Positions 35,432 through 48,880 are shown, counted from the whole stretch's first letter. The stretch is 62,104 nucleotides of DNA, filler included, from Asterionella formosa (GCA_002256025.1; 15 parts of 15 records of this genome joined end to end with filler, not necessarily neighbours in it); one strand, 5' to 3'. Notes: a model not told the origin generated them from the letters alone. Made by a program: numbers and translations.

Positions 35432-36725
35432 CCCGCTCTAGCTATCGTCGCGTCATTCGCTTACCTACTGCCCACAAATTTAGCATAAATGTCAATTTTA
35501 GCCTACTATTGCCCATCATATAAAATGAATTTTGTATATTTCCTATCTTCACCTCGAAAATTGCCAAAGGTCCGATATTGCCCATCATTAAAATATATTT
35601 TATATATTTCATATGTTCGCATTTTGGCAAGACAACAGACACCAATTGCCCCTCGGTTTTCCAGCGCTGGGATTGCCGAAATCGGCAAGGGGTCTACTTA
35701 AGGAAAATAATTTATATACTATTCAGATTCTAATAATTTATATCTAGAATTCACCTCGTTTTTGTTCGTCTCCTGAAAAGTGGACTCCGGCAATTTTACC
35801 TTTCACCATGCCAATCGTCGTCCATCATGACCGGTTTGAAGCGAAATCGGTTCCGCGATGACGCCAGTAGCGATTCTTTGCCTAACGGATGCGGTTGATT
35901 GTTGGATTGCTTTTTTTCCGAGGTATTCATGTAGTCGCATCGTCCATATTTCGTCGGACGAACGATGATATCGATACATCTGATGTTGGTGGCAAGTTTT
36001 TGCTCCGGTCATGTACGTATGTAATGATGCTTAACGGATATTCTACCGGTAGCGGTTACCGGCAGTCATCTAGTCTACATACGTACGTGGTACTAAAAAC
36101 AACCATGCATGGTTTAAGCTATGCTTCAACGCTTACTTTGAACACGTAATAATATTATCTCTGTAGACTCGGTATTATTTTTACGAGACCTGAAATGTTG
36201 AATTATATCGTTCACATATTCATTGATTTTACGTATCGTATGCCCGATTTCGTCCTCACAAATATAGTTCTCACTCTATCTTGCCTGCCTTTGCTCTATT
36301 CGGGCTTGCAATAGGCAACGTTCGTCTTTATTTGATCCCATCTTCTGCTGCTTGTTATGCTAGTTGAAGCGGATCGGTGAGTACAACAGTGAAACACTGA
36401 ATGTGGATTGTAGATCGTATTTATCGACTTTCCGATTTGATTGCTTCCGTGGTTTGTTTTGATTGCTTCCGTCGTTGTTTGTCGTCACGCACTGTCGTTT
36501 TTTTTTCGATTGTATATATCTACATAAGAACCAATGCATTTATCAATGACTACTCATTGAAGATGTGGTATTGTGTCGTTGTTGATCGTATTTGTTGATT
36601 TGTATAGGCGTTGACAATGATGTCAATATTGCTTGATGTGCCCCATATTGCCCTTAAATAAAAATTACTTAGAGACTAAAAATTACTTAGAAGTACCCGA
36701 ATGGCAAGACGATAGCTGGAGCGGG
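35432..36725. mobile_element. Non-autonomous DNA transposon, 1294 bp, ~28-bp imperfect TIRs, AWWT flanks (Sola1-like?)
   Basis: Ends CCCGCTCTAGCTATCGTCGCGTCATTCG and CGAATGGCAAGACGATAGCTGGAGCGGG, flanked by AAAT and AATT. The left end recurs at 61990 after AATT. Confidence 0.75.
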
Positions 36726-36951
36726 AATTGCTCAAGTAACAACCATCCCTAGAAGTGCTGGGTGCTCCATAGCTTTGACACCTACATGGCAGAATCCCTT
36801 GACCCTAACCGAATCCTAATAGTATAGTAGTCTAAGCAGTTCATAATGGTCTCTAGACTCTAGAATAGATCCTTAGCACTATGTGTACATGATCTTTAGA
36901 AGGCGTGCTCCCCTTACCCTAGCACCCCAAATTCTGAAACAATATCTTTCT

Positions 36952-37268
36952 TCATTTCATTGGTTTAGGCCATTGTAGAGTCTTGAGACAGGGTATACTG
37001 CTTTTGCATAGTGCAACAACTGTGATTCGCCCCTGTGTTTTAGGAATAAGGTTTTGAACAGAATTAGCAACACTTTGTTCAGGACTTAAATAAAGCAAAT
37101 AAATCGTCTTGAACTTTGTAAGCCATCCCGCCTTTTTACACATTTCTGTAAACTTTTTCAGTACATTGTGATGTTTGGAAACATGTACCTGGACACCACA
37201 CACACTATCGCCACACTTCCAGATGAGATCAATTGCAGGAAAATTGGAGTTTCGGGGAACATACATTC
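36952..37268 (-). CDS. C-terminal PD-(D/E)xK-like nuclease domain of a Crinkler/RHS-type protein, 5'-truncated
   Basis: YVPRNSNFPAIDLIW...GVQVHVSKHH matches the YxP...NFPxID...QxT/H...H pattern of CR-effector REase domains. Confidence 0.55.
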
Positions 37269-37368
37269 NNNNNNNNNNNNNNNNNNNNNNNNNNNNNNNN
37301 NNNNNNNNNNNNTTAATTAATTAANNNNNNNNNNNNNNNNNNNNNNNNNNNNNNNNNNNNNNNNNNNN

Positions 37369-37530
37369 GCACATTTTGCGATTCGATGTGGTTGTTCATT
37401 AGGCTTGAATTCCAAAGAATATCAACTCCCAGTTGTGGCACTTGTTTGCAACTTGCAAGCGCCTCAAACTGGTTATGCTGCACTGTTGAGCCATATTGAA
37501 GTCGAAACGTTGTTTCATGAATTTGGTCAT
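37369..37530 (+). CDS. M3 metallopeptidase fragment (mitochondrial intermediate peptidase-like)
   Basis: AHFAIRCG...[12 protein letters not shown]...[16 protein letters not shown]. Similarity stops right after the HExxH motif. Confidence 0.75.
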
Positions 37531-38514
37531 ATGCCTTTTAATACCGGTACCAGGGTTTTTTGTAGTTTACCTTTGTACACAGTGCTAGTTGACTGCTAGT
37601 ACACTAGCTTTCACTACGGTCTTAAAAGGTTGCACTGGGGGTTGAATTTTTTGCATGTACCACCCTGGTACTTCTTTTGACTTGCACTCTTCACCTGTTA
37701 TTAGGAGTACCAGGTACTGCAAGTTGCTGTCATTTGGCTTAAATAAACATTATAATTGAGGATAAAGATAGCTAAACATTTTGTTTCAGCAAAATTTCCG
37801 CCACTTGCTGATACCAGGTACCGAGTACATTGTTACATGGGGTAGCCTTTGTGGTATGGAATACACATCGAAGGACCGTGGCGAACCGTGGTCTGCACAT
37901 GCCATTTTTTCCTGACGAAGAAGATCGTCGAGCGAAGCCAACGGTTTCAGCATCAGACACACACTTATTATCATGAAGCCTATATGGTACCGGGAGTCTA
38001 TATACACAGTGCCTAGTACCTGGTACCAACCAGTACCGGTATATGAAATTGTCAAGAAAACCTACAGAATCTTACGTATCAGTACACAGCACGTATTTGT
38101 ATTGACTTGAGAGAACATCCTGAATGATGCACGTATGACATAAGATTCTCATGAGATTTCCATGTGGTGACGTAGGCGCCTAGTTCGCCAAGCGAACACA
38201 TCACAAGACCACACCGTCAGTTAGGTATATTTTTTCCATGTTCCTACTTTTTGTACGCAAAAGGTTGGACAGAGCGAATCATGATCACAGCATCCTATTA
38301 TTGGCGGAGAATATCATATATGTGTTCAGAAATGTATACACATATGCATCAAAGATACAACTTCATATATATATATATATATATTTGATGCGAACACCCC
38401 AACCCAATTCCAACCCAATTCTTGAGCACGGTACAATACGTAAGCAGGCATGAAATGTTGTAATGGGAAGGGTTGAACTACGGCACAGCATTGATTGGAA
38501 CAACCCACCAAAAA

Positions 38515-39686
38515 ATGATACAAACTCGAATGAATCCTCCTGATTCCATCGGAGACGCCGATCCGGCCCAACTGTTTGATTGGAGTGGTCCTTTGGTTGA
38601 TTTGAATCGCTCGCTGAGCCCCTCGCTGACTCTGACACCCTCAGAGAGTCGTTTGTGGTTTCCTCCCATTGACGACTGCGACGACGACGACGACGACGAG
38701 CCACTTGTCGTTGGCTTCGAGCGCAGCAGCAGCGACAGAAAGCGCATCATCAGCAGCGAAGCGCCGTCGCGTCGCAAGAAGAAGCTCAAGAGTCTGCCCA
38801 AGCGACCGCTCTCTGCGTATAACTTTTTCTTCCAGACGGAGCGCTCCCTGTTGATGCAGGACAGGGCCATTGTGCCGTCGTTGAAAGTTGGATTCGAAGA
38901 CTTGGGAAGGATCGTTGGCAAGAAGTGGAGAGAACTGTCAGAAGCGGAGCGAGAAACATACAATAGAAAAGCGATTGGCGACAGTGAGCGATACAGGAAG
39001 GAAATGGAAGACTACAAGAAACGAGAAACGGACAAGCGGCGCGGCGTAAAGGTCAGCGAGCCAGCGAGTCCAGCATTTTCACTGCCACCGACCCCCTATC
39101 GCTTCCCGACTTTTGAGCATCCGCATGGAATGCAGTCACCACCGATGGTTCAGTCGCAGCAATACTTTGGAAGGGCTCCCTACACGACGACTACCTCTGG
39201 AGCCCCCTTTTCTCCTTTGCCTCTGACGCATTCATCCTCAGACCACCCCAAGCACCACGAATACTCGGATCGCTACAAACGATTCTGTCCCCCTCCAGGA
39301 GGGCCAGGGATCTGTAAGGGACCTATTCCTTCTTCCGCCTTTCCACTTAGACCAAACCAAGAGGTGTTAATTCAAGATCAAAATGGACAATTGCAAAAAT
39401 ATAGAGTCCAGTATGCTGTCATGTCCATGACGGAGGCAGCTGCCAAATCGTACATGGAAGAAATGAACATGGCACTTCATCACACCCCTTCGTCACGGTA
39501 CGTTTATCATAAATTATTATCCTTGTGGTTCATTCGTGTGACGCTTGCTGTCCTGTACCTTGTGTGTGCTGGGGCTTACACATCTCTCGTTTTTCATTCA
39601 ATAGTGCCCATATGCCCCCTATGTATTATAACAGCAGTCATGCACAGAATCACAGGGATAATGAAGCATCACCATATCCACTGTAG
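38515..39686 (+). CDS. HMG-box transcription factor; predicted intron 39498-39604
   Basis: PKRPLSAYNFFFQTER...GFEDLGRIVGKKWRELS...RYRKEM. A GTACGT donor, GCTTAC branch-like site and TAG acceptor give a last exon AHMPPMYY...PYPL*. Confidence 0.85.
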
Positions 39687-40764
39687 CAAATCATATGTGT
39701 ATGTATTACATGCATATGATCTGATTGCAATATACAGACACTTGCTCTTGCAAGTAGTAATTATTCATGTTTTGTCCGTATTCACACATTGTAAAACTGC
39801 AAAGGCATTTTATGAACATATACTAATGGAATTATAGTATGGTATTACCTCTGGTTGAAAATAATTGTGTCAAATTGCCAGCACCACTAGTGTCTCAACT
39901 GTTTGCATATTAAGGATTTTTACATAGCCAACATACCACCTTTCTACATGAGGGTTGTTGGCTTACTTCCAAAAATGTAATGGTTATTAGTTACATAGAC
40001 ATGAACATATACTCTAGGGAAGATCACTGTCTTGTTGGCAGGAAGTGAGTTTCATTTTTTCAACATAAATATTTTATTGGCACACATCACCTGTATCTTC
40101 CTTGCCCTCCTTGTCACCCTTGCTATCTCTTTTGTCTTGATTCATGTCTCACAACATCACACTGGTTGATTGTTGACTTGGTTTTGTTAGCACAGTGATT
40201 GACCCCTCATTTCGCATTGCTTCATTGGCATCATAAAACAATATAAATTTAGATAAGAAAACACAAGACTATTTTCCAAAAATTTTCCATTGTCCTTTAT
40301 GTCAACAGACATTTGAAGTACAAAAGGTTGCATGTAGTAGTCAAAATTTTCCAAGTCTTCCGGGTTCGTTATTGAAGCTAAAATAGTTTCCCCGAGTTTT
40401 TTGGCGAGGCTTGTCAATAAAATCATATCGTACTTTTTAAGACTAGTTCAAAGTTATGCATCATTCTTGTTCAACATTGATTTGATACCACTAAAAATCA
40501 AGTAGCATGAAAAAGCTAGTGACTCTCAAACGACCATGGCAGTAACTTTTCAGACCTCTATGGATCTAAACAAAACCTTTAGGCTACAGGCCTGTCTATT
40601 TGGATTCATTGGAGACAATGTATGACTGTAACAGTTAATGGTTGAATTTTTCAAAACATAAGGACAGTTTAGTAGTAGGGAGACAAGAATTTTCTACCAG
40701 CTTTGTCCCGTATTTTTCATGTATCATTGTATGATGGTATGTCATGCATGTTCACTAGTAGTAA

Positions 40765-41010
40765 GGGCCGTTCTTATCATTCTTTCGTTGCTCGTCATTG
40801 GTGTATCATCGCCGCAATATGATAAAAATGATGGTTTGTATCATATTTTTGTATCACCCAATGGGATCATTGTAGGTCTGATCACCTGTGAATCATGGGT
40901 GTATCACTGATACATTTTTTGGGCTGCACCAGTGATACAGCCGTTGATTGCTGTGTATCACGTCCGTTGTCACTGATAAAATAACTGTAAACACGCCAGT
41001 ATCACATTTA
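40765..41010 (+). mobile_element. Left end of a PIF/Harbinger-like element, copy 2
   Basis: TAA|GGGCCGTTCTTATC; collinear with 12187-12384. Confidence 0.55.
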
Positions 41011-41512
41011 TATTACGCCAACTGCAATTTTTGTTGTTGGTCATTGAAAATTAATCACATCCTCGTTCTGACAACACTGCCGCAATTGATTGGTTTAATG
41101 GTATTTATAATTTGAATTTTATTATCACACCCATTTTGCTGGCCCTCTCGTCATATGATAGCTATAGTTGTAGTGGTAGTCGTTAGTTATGGCTTCAGAC
41201 TTTCTGAAACAAATCAACAGTTCTGTTTGTATTCCTATAAATTGACGAATACACTTTCCATTGTAGATTCGTTATTTCTTACACCTGAAAGTTATATCTA
41301 TGATTATTTTTCTATTGTATACTAGTTCGAACTACGATTTCTTACTAGACCTCAAAGGCACAACGACTCATTTGCCATCTTGATGGATAAATTCGAGATA
41401 AACACCATGGTCNNNNNNNNNNNNNNNNNNNNNNNNNNNNNNNNNNNNNNNNNNNNTTAATTAATTAANNNNNNNNNNNNNNNNNNNNNNNNNNNNNNNN
41501 NNNNNNNNNNNN

Positions 41513-44500
41513 GCAATATTGCTTCTCAATCAATCAAGAAGTCAGTCAATGACTATAACTACTACCTCAGATCATCGAAGCAGGCATCTGATTATGAGAC
41601 TACTACTGAGTACCTCATCAATCATATCAAGAAAGTGTTCGACTATGGCAACGACATAGGAACCGCGCTCGAGTTATTAGAACCAATGAGCACATTGGCA
41701 TGGAAGCCAAGAATGCAAGTGAGCATTGCAACAACAGAAGAAGATCGCGCTGCAGAGAATCGACAATATGAGATTGAGTTCAAGGCTGACTATGACACCT
41801 ACAGTAAAAGGGTACAGGCCTACGAAAATAATAATACCAAGGCATATGCGTTGCTCTGGGAAAGATGCAACAAAGCCATGAAGAACAAGATTGAAGCAAG
41901 ATCCGATTACAATAGGATCAAAAATAACCCAATAACATTGCTTATGGCAATTAAAGAACACGCATTAAATTTTCAGGAGAATCGATATTCAATGTCGATC
42001 ATTTTAGATGCAATGAGAACGCTTTTATTCACAAAGCAAAAGGAAGGAGAAAGTCTACAAGACTACACCAAGAGATTCCGTGTGGCACGTGATGTGCTCA
42101 AGTCACACATGGGAGGACCCATTATCCTCACCAAGTTCGTTGAAGCCATGGATGGATACAATGAGAATGACATCAAGCAACGAGATAAATTTCGTGAACA
42201 AGCTTTCAGTCAATTTATGGCATATTTATAACTCGATAATGCCGATAAAGCCAAATACGGATCAATTATGACCGGGCTGAACACTCAGCAATCACTCGGC
42301 AATGATCAATACCCAAAGACCATCACCGAATCAAATAATGTTCTCAGCAACCATCGGTTTGACATCACAAATAAGTCTAACTACAAGAAACCAGGAGATA
42401 ATGATAAAGAGAGGAAACAAAAGGATGGAGGCAAGGAAGACGAAGATGTGAACTTATCATTTGCACAGTTAGAAGGAAAATGTTACTGCTGCGGAAAAGC
42501 AGGTCACAAATCCCCTTCGTGCCGAGACAAGAATAAACCCAAAGAGGAATGGGCAATTAACAAGGCCCAAAGCCATGCACAGGCACAGGCTAATACATCC
42601 GACATGAGTACAGTTACCTCTGTTAATTCCAACAACCCGCCGTCATCACAAGCTTCACAACAAGCAAATGCCAATCAATTTGGATGGACTGGAGCTCATA
42701 TGAAACTACAATTTTACCAAGCATCTGAGATGCGTGACTGGATACTATTAGATAATCAATCAAGTGTCACAGTCTTTTGCAATCCAAAAATGGTTTAGAA
42801 CATTCAAATGTCAACCAACGGAAGCATGCACCTGGCCACAAATGGTGGATCCATGGTAACTAATATGAAGGCTGATCTTCCAGAATGGGGAGAATTATGG
42901 TTTAATGAAAAGGCAATTACAAACATCTTCAGTTATGCCGAAATGGCAGATAGGTACAGAATTACCTACGACTCTGAGAAAGAAGATGCATTCATTGTTC
43001 ATTTGCCTGACAAAGCAGTTCGATTTGAAAGAATTGGGATGAACTTATATGTTTTCAAGCCAACTACAAGAATTAGAGCGGAGAATGCTCAAATGTTAAA
43101 TACACTTGAAGAAAACAAAACATTTTACACTGAACGTCAATTTCAGAGAGCTAAGCGAGCTCGTGATCTATTTCATGCCTTGGGTACACCATCAATTAAC
43201 GATTTCAAGGCAATAATTCGTATGAATACGATCAACAATAATCCAGTGACTACCGATGATATCAAAATTGCAGAGAAAATTTTTGGACCTGACATCGGAA
43301 CACTAAAAGGCAAGACAACTCGTCGCAAGCTGCTGCCAGTTGTGAACGACTACATCGAGATTCCTAAGGAGCTTATTCAAGCTCAACGCGAAGTGACTCT
43401 TTGCATGGACGGAATGAAAGTCAATGGACAATCATTTCTCACAACAATTTCTCGAAACATTATGTACAGGACAGCGCAATGGGTCAAGAATCAGACAGCT
43501 GAAGTCTATCGAGATGCTTTGATTCAAGTATTCCGTGTTTATAATACCGGAGGATTTAAAATTACAACAATCCACTGTGACAACGAGTTTCGACCTTTGA
43601 TGGAATAAATTTCCAATGAATTTCAAGTCACTATGAACTACGCAAACCCACAAGAACATGTTCCCGAAGCGGAGCGAAATAATCGAGTGATTAAAGAACG
43701 CGTGCGCGCAGCTTATCATCGATTACCTTTCAAACATTTGCCGCGACTGATGATTAAGATTCTAGTGACAGAATCTGCAAGGAAACTGAATTTCTTTCCG
43801 GCAAAGAACGGGATATCCCCGTATTACAGTCCTCGTATGATTCTACATCAACGAAACCTGGACTATGCTCGACATTGCCAGTATACATTTGGCACTTATG
43901 TCCAAGCACATGAAGAACCTGTGTTTTCAAACACTAATGCACCTCGCAGCCTAGATTGCATTTTTCTACGCTACAATGACAATGTGCAAGGAGGTCATGA
44001 ATTGTTACACCTACCTACAAACTCATTGATCACTAGACGAACAATTACTCCTCTACCACTTACCCCAGCAATCATGAATCAAGTACACGCCCTTGCTGTG
44101 CAGGAGAATATGCCAGATGGTCTCAAGAAATCAAATCGAACGGGAAAACTATTTTATGATAGTGCTTGGATTGCAGGAGTGGATTATGATAATGAAGCAT
44201 TTGAAGATGCACAAGATGAAGATTATGAAGATCAACATGCTAGTGATGAAGAAAGCAATGATGAAATTCTCGGAGAAGAAGACTATGATGAAATGACTCC
44301 GGATGAAATATATGAAGCAGAACAGCTCGAATTAAACGACAATACTCAAGAGGATGACCCTGAACCTGACGAGGGCAACAATGAGAATAATATTGAAATG
44401 AATTCAGACGAAATCCAAGATGAGGATGAAGAGCCAGCAAATGAAACTGAAAATGAAGAGGCATTGTTAGAAGTCAATCCAAGCACTCAGGATGACTCAA

Positions 44501-45553
44501 ACCCAAATGTTAGAACTACAAGGTCTGGAAGAGTCTCAAGACCACCGTCAAAATTAACTATGGTCCAAAATCATTTGCATACCCAAGCGCACTGTCGAGA
44601 AGAATACACGACTGATAATGCGAAAGTGATCGCAAAGACAATGTGTTATATGAATGAGATGTGTATCGATAAAGAAGCATTTCACTTTGTTCAGTCATAC
44701 AGCTTAAGGAAAGGCCTCAAGAAATTTGGCCAGAAAGGAAGAGATGCTGCTTATAAGGAAATGAAACAACTACATGATAGAGTTGTGTTTGAACCGATTA
44801 GGATTGAAGACCTAACCGATATCGAAAAGCGACGTGCAATGGAAAGTCTAATTTTTTTGGTTGAAAAGAGAGACAAGAGCATAAAAGGCAGAGCATGTGC
44901 CAATGGCAGTTCGCAACGTGAATACATGGAAAGAGATGAAGCAGCTAGTCCAACTACCATGACTGAATCTGTTATGATAACAGCAACAATTGATGCAAAG
45001 CAAAATCGCGATGTTATGACTGCAGATGTGCCCAATGCATTTGTGCAAGTCGATATCGATGAGAAAGAAAAGGGGAACGAATCATTATGAAGATTAGAGG
45101 TTTGCTTGTCAATATGTTGACAGAACTCAGCCCCGAGACTTATGAAAAATATGTTGTTTATGAAGGGAACAACAAGGTCCTATATGTTAGGATGATCAAG
45201 GCATTATATGGCATGTTACAGTCATCATTATTATATTACAAGAAATTTCGGAAGGATATTGAGTCAATTGGATTCAAGGTCAACCCATATGATCCATGTG
45301 TTGCAAATCGCATTGTTAATGGCAAACAGCACACAGTTACTTGGCACGTAGACGATTTGAAATCAAGTCACGTGGACAGCAAAGTGAATGATCAATTTTT
45401 GGAATGGCTCAAAAAGAAATACGCTTCTGACGAAATTGGTGAAGTCAAGGTCATGCGTGGAAAGAAGCATGATTATTTGGCTATGACGCTAGATTACTCT
45501 CTTCCAGGAGTGTTGAGGGTGGACATGACCAAATATGTGAAATCAATGATTGA
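41513..45553 (+). mobile_element. Ty1/Copia (CoDi-like) gag-pol: gag, PR, IN, RT; inactivated
   Basis: CCHC knuckle, WILLDNQS, integrase HCDNEF and QEHVPEAERNNR, RT ADVPNAFVQ, KALYGMLQS and WHVDD. Integrase precedes RT. Stops at 42229, 42796 and 43606 and a frameshift near 45080. Confidence 0.93.
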
Positions 45554-45653
45554 NNNNNNNNNNNNNNNNNNNNNNNNNNNNNNNNNNNNNNNNNNNNTTA
45601 ATTAATTAANNNNNNNNNNNNNNNNNNNNNNNNNNNNNNNNNNNNNNNNNNNN

Positions 45654-46615
45654 AACAGGAAATATTGTTGAACGAGGAGATCCTACCTCGTCTTGAGCGC
45701 ATCAAAAAGATATGCGGAACCCTGTGCGAAGTTGATTCCATGGAAAAACTTTCTGCCATCACTATCAAGAGCAACAGCAAAAACTCTTTGATACTTCCAC
45801 ATGTCAGAGCACACGTGGACTGCCAAGCAATCATGGCATCAGAAGATATTGATGCAAGTGAGAATTCGGTTCCGTACCCATTGCCCAAACGACTTCACTC
45901 GTTGTATTCTTTGAATGGATCAGTCGAAATTGTTCATTGGAAGCAATTTAAAAGTATATATTTAGGTCAAAATGCCCTTGAGAATCATTGGGACGAAGAG
46001 AAAATCAAAACAATTATGCTTGAACTTGAAAATGGTACACATGAAGGGTCCTATGGCTTTGTTACAACCAACAAAGTCCTCAAGCATCTAAAAATTACTG
46101 GGAAGATACGGGGTAGTCGGGTACTTGTCATAGGCTCGCAGAGGCCTTGGATTGAAGCCATCTGTCTGCTGCTTGGAGCCAAGGAAGTTGTGACATTAGA
46201 ATATGGCAAAATTGTGTCCACTCACCCCAAGATCAAAACTTTGACACCACATGAGTTCCGAGAGGAATACTTGAATGGGAAATTGGGGCTCTTTGACACC
46301 ATTGTCTCGTATTCTTCGGTAGAGCACTCTGGATTGGGTCGTTATGGTGATGCATTGAACCCGTGGGGAGACTTGTTGGCAATTGCTCGTAGTTGGTGTG
46401 TAACAAAGCCTGGAGGAGCACTTGTGTTAGGAATACCAACAGGAAGGGACAGGGTGGTGATGAATGCACATCGCATTTATGGTGCAGTCCGATGGCCCCT
46501 TATATCTGCAAACTGGATGCAAGTGGACCATAATCTGCACAATTTAGCCAATTTATTGAAATCTGAAGGTCAAGATCAGCCACTGTTTGTGTTTGCTAAG
46601 TTGGAGGGGATATAG
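45654..46615 (+). CDS. DUF268-like putative methyltransferase-fold protein, 5'-truncated
   Basis: VLVIGSQRPWIEA, VTLEY, SSVEHSGLGRYGDALNPWGDL, KPGG and NAHRIYG. Confidence 0.8.
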
Positions 46616-47403
46616 TAATTACATATACTGAGAAAGATTAATTTTGTTTTTCTCAACTCATGCTGTGAACCCTATATTTATACATCTATCACTTCCATAG
46701 CAAATCAACCATAGCCTATTAGTACAGACTTGATTTCATTGAGCTCCATAGTTATGGAAATCTCAGACTACTTCTGTAAGTGCAAACAAGTTGCCAAATA
46801 CAGTGCAGATTGGACATCATGGAAAAGATGAACCAAGGACAAATTCAAAGTTGCATCTTTGCATTCACCTGCACTATTCTAGCTACAGACTAGGTTCATT
46901 TCTCATACTGGCAACTTATCATGAAAGCAATGATGGCCCCTCAACCCATAATTTTATTTAGCCCCTAATCGAAGGATTTGAGGTGTCTACTAGTACGGTA
47001 GTACACTTTGGAACCTTTTTCGAATGCTCTGTGGTCTTTGGATTAAGGTTTGTACACGGATGCCGGTAGTGGCCTGTGTCGATGGTCCAACTACGTACTA
47101 ACTGGTACTCCTACCTGTTAGTACCATATCAGGGACCCGGAGTTAACGACCCGTAGGTGCCTACCGGTACCTGGTACTAGGTACCTGGTACCATTAGTAT
47201 GATTACCGGTATGTGCTTACCTCTGAATCTCGTCAGCCACATCAGCCATGGTGCCAAAATTGCATGGTACCTGGTACCTGGTATCTGGTAGCTCTACCCG
47301 GTACTTCTTGCTGTTAAAAACTGCGGCGAGCGAGGAAAGCATCAACAAAGACCAACATGTAGTGTGTATTGATGAGCAATGAAATCAAAAGCACAGCAAA
47401 CTC

Positions 47404-48186
47404 ATGTTTGTCTCTATTCTACGGTCTACTCGCTCTCACATCATCTCCCAATTTTCGACGAATCTATCTAGAATACAACAAAAACAACAACAGCAGCAAC
47501 GCTTCAGGAGTACTTTATTTAAAAACAAGTACGTATCTCGAAAACGCCGCCTCCAAAAAGCAAAAGTACAATTTGCCGCGGAGGATGCAGAGAGGGAAGA
47601 CACAGTGTCAGAAATTATATTTGGCAAGCCACCCAAGAAACCGGAGGGGTTTAAACCCGAAAAGAGATGGCCCAGAACGATTGAGGAATGGAAGGGGATA
47701 ATACGAATTCGGTTACCACAATATTGGGCATCCTATGAAGGGTATATGCCTTGGTGGGAAGACAAGGGCACTTTGGAACGCTTGATGGAGAAGGAACTGA
47801 AAGAGCAAGGCCTTCCAATCGACAACAAGTTGGCAAACGCTTTGGAATTTTGGGAGAAAAAGAAAGCAAAAGCGCCACAGCAGGTGGACAACAATCTACA
47901 ATTGCTCAAAAAGGAAGGAGCCAAGGCTCTGGAAAAGGTCAAGGAGAATACTGGCATTCGTACGAAAGAAGATCTCAAAATATTTGCGGAAGACATGCTT
48001 CGTCTTGCCAATGATTGTTTGGGTGAGTTCATGAAGGGATACCGACAAGGACGGGATGATGAAGTTGAAAAGATGCTGAACATATATTTTCAAGAGCTGG
48101 ACCAGGCTGTTCATGCCTTGCCAACCTATCAGAGAATGAAACGACGAGGGCGAAAGCCAAAGCGCAGGAAAAGGTCTGTAGATTAG
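47404..48186 (+). CDS. Hypothetical protein (260 aa), possibly mitochondrion-targeted
   Basis: Long intact ORF with an R/S-rich, acid-free N-terminus and a helical charged C-terminal half. No family recognised. Confidence 0.7.
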   Translation: MFVSILRSTRSHIISQFSTNLSRIQQKQQQQQRFRSTLFKNKYVSRKRRLQKAKVQFAAEDAEREDTVSEIIFGKPPKKPEGFKPEKRWPRTIEEWKGIIRIRLPQYWASYEGYMPWWEDKGTLERLMEKELKEQGLPIDNKLANALEFWEKKKAKAPQQVDNNLQLLKKEGAKALEKVKENTGIRTKEDLKIFAEDMLRLANDCLGEFMKGYRQGRDDEVEKMLNIYFQELDQAVHALPTYQRMKRRGRKPKRRKRSVD

Positions 48187-48581
48187 CTTTTCAAGATTTT
48201 GTACAGCGCACTGTAACCTACTACAATACAGAAGTAGTAGTCTGTTGATACAATGTGCGAGAGTGGATTTTTTGCGTCATTTTACACAACAACTACAGTA
48301 CAGAAGAAGTGGCCTATTGCAAATACAGTCACGATGTGCAAAAGTTGATGAGGTTTTGCTGTTACAATTGCAATGATAGGCAACAATTGCTGATTGGATA
48401 GCTACTGTAGCTGAGTTCAGGTATATTTATGATTTTCTAGTTGCTATAGTCCACTAAGATTGTCATACATATTAGATGACCTACCGGTATGGTAATTGAG
48501 TACCCTGTAGCCTATACATACGACTATGTAAATAGCAATAATCAACCGAATACAGCAAATGTTAAGTCAGTTTCCGAGGGG

Positions 48582-48880
48582 TTTTTTTGGCTGTTTCAAG
48601 GCGCCAGGAGAAGATCTATCCAGCCGCTTTGCCTGCCTGCCCCATCGATGTGGGGTGCTTGGGGGGCATAATGGGAGGATTCTAACTCCTCCCAACAGTT
48701 CACGTACTCAGGAATGTTTTTGAGGCACCCCGTCATCCATTAATGACCTGGTGTCTGGTGAGGCACCCTGCCGTTACCTGGGCGAGGTAGTGTGAGACTT
48801 TTACTCACTAAAAACCTGTGTGCAGCCCCAGTCTTGACCAGTATGCGGTCTGCCCTACCCGTCGGGGCGTTGGCCCATGG
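48582..48880 (-). mobile_element. SINE-like element, copy 2
   Basis: Collinear with 492-795, with the same 5' end and A-tail. Degenerate 16-bp TSD: AAGTCAGTTTCCGAGG (48564-48579) and GAGTAACTTTCCGAGG (48881-48896). Confidence 0.8.

Noticed and set aside
39498..39837. Transmembrane-like C-terminal tail on the HMG-box protein
   Set aside because: Most likely intron read-through: GTACGT donor at 39498 and acceptor at 39604.
42229..43608. Programmed stop-codon readthrough in Copia gag-pol
   Set aside because: The related copy at 18548-20047 has sense codons at the first two stop positions, so these are inactivating mutations.
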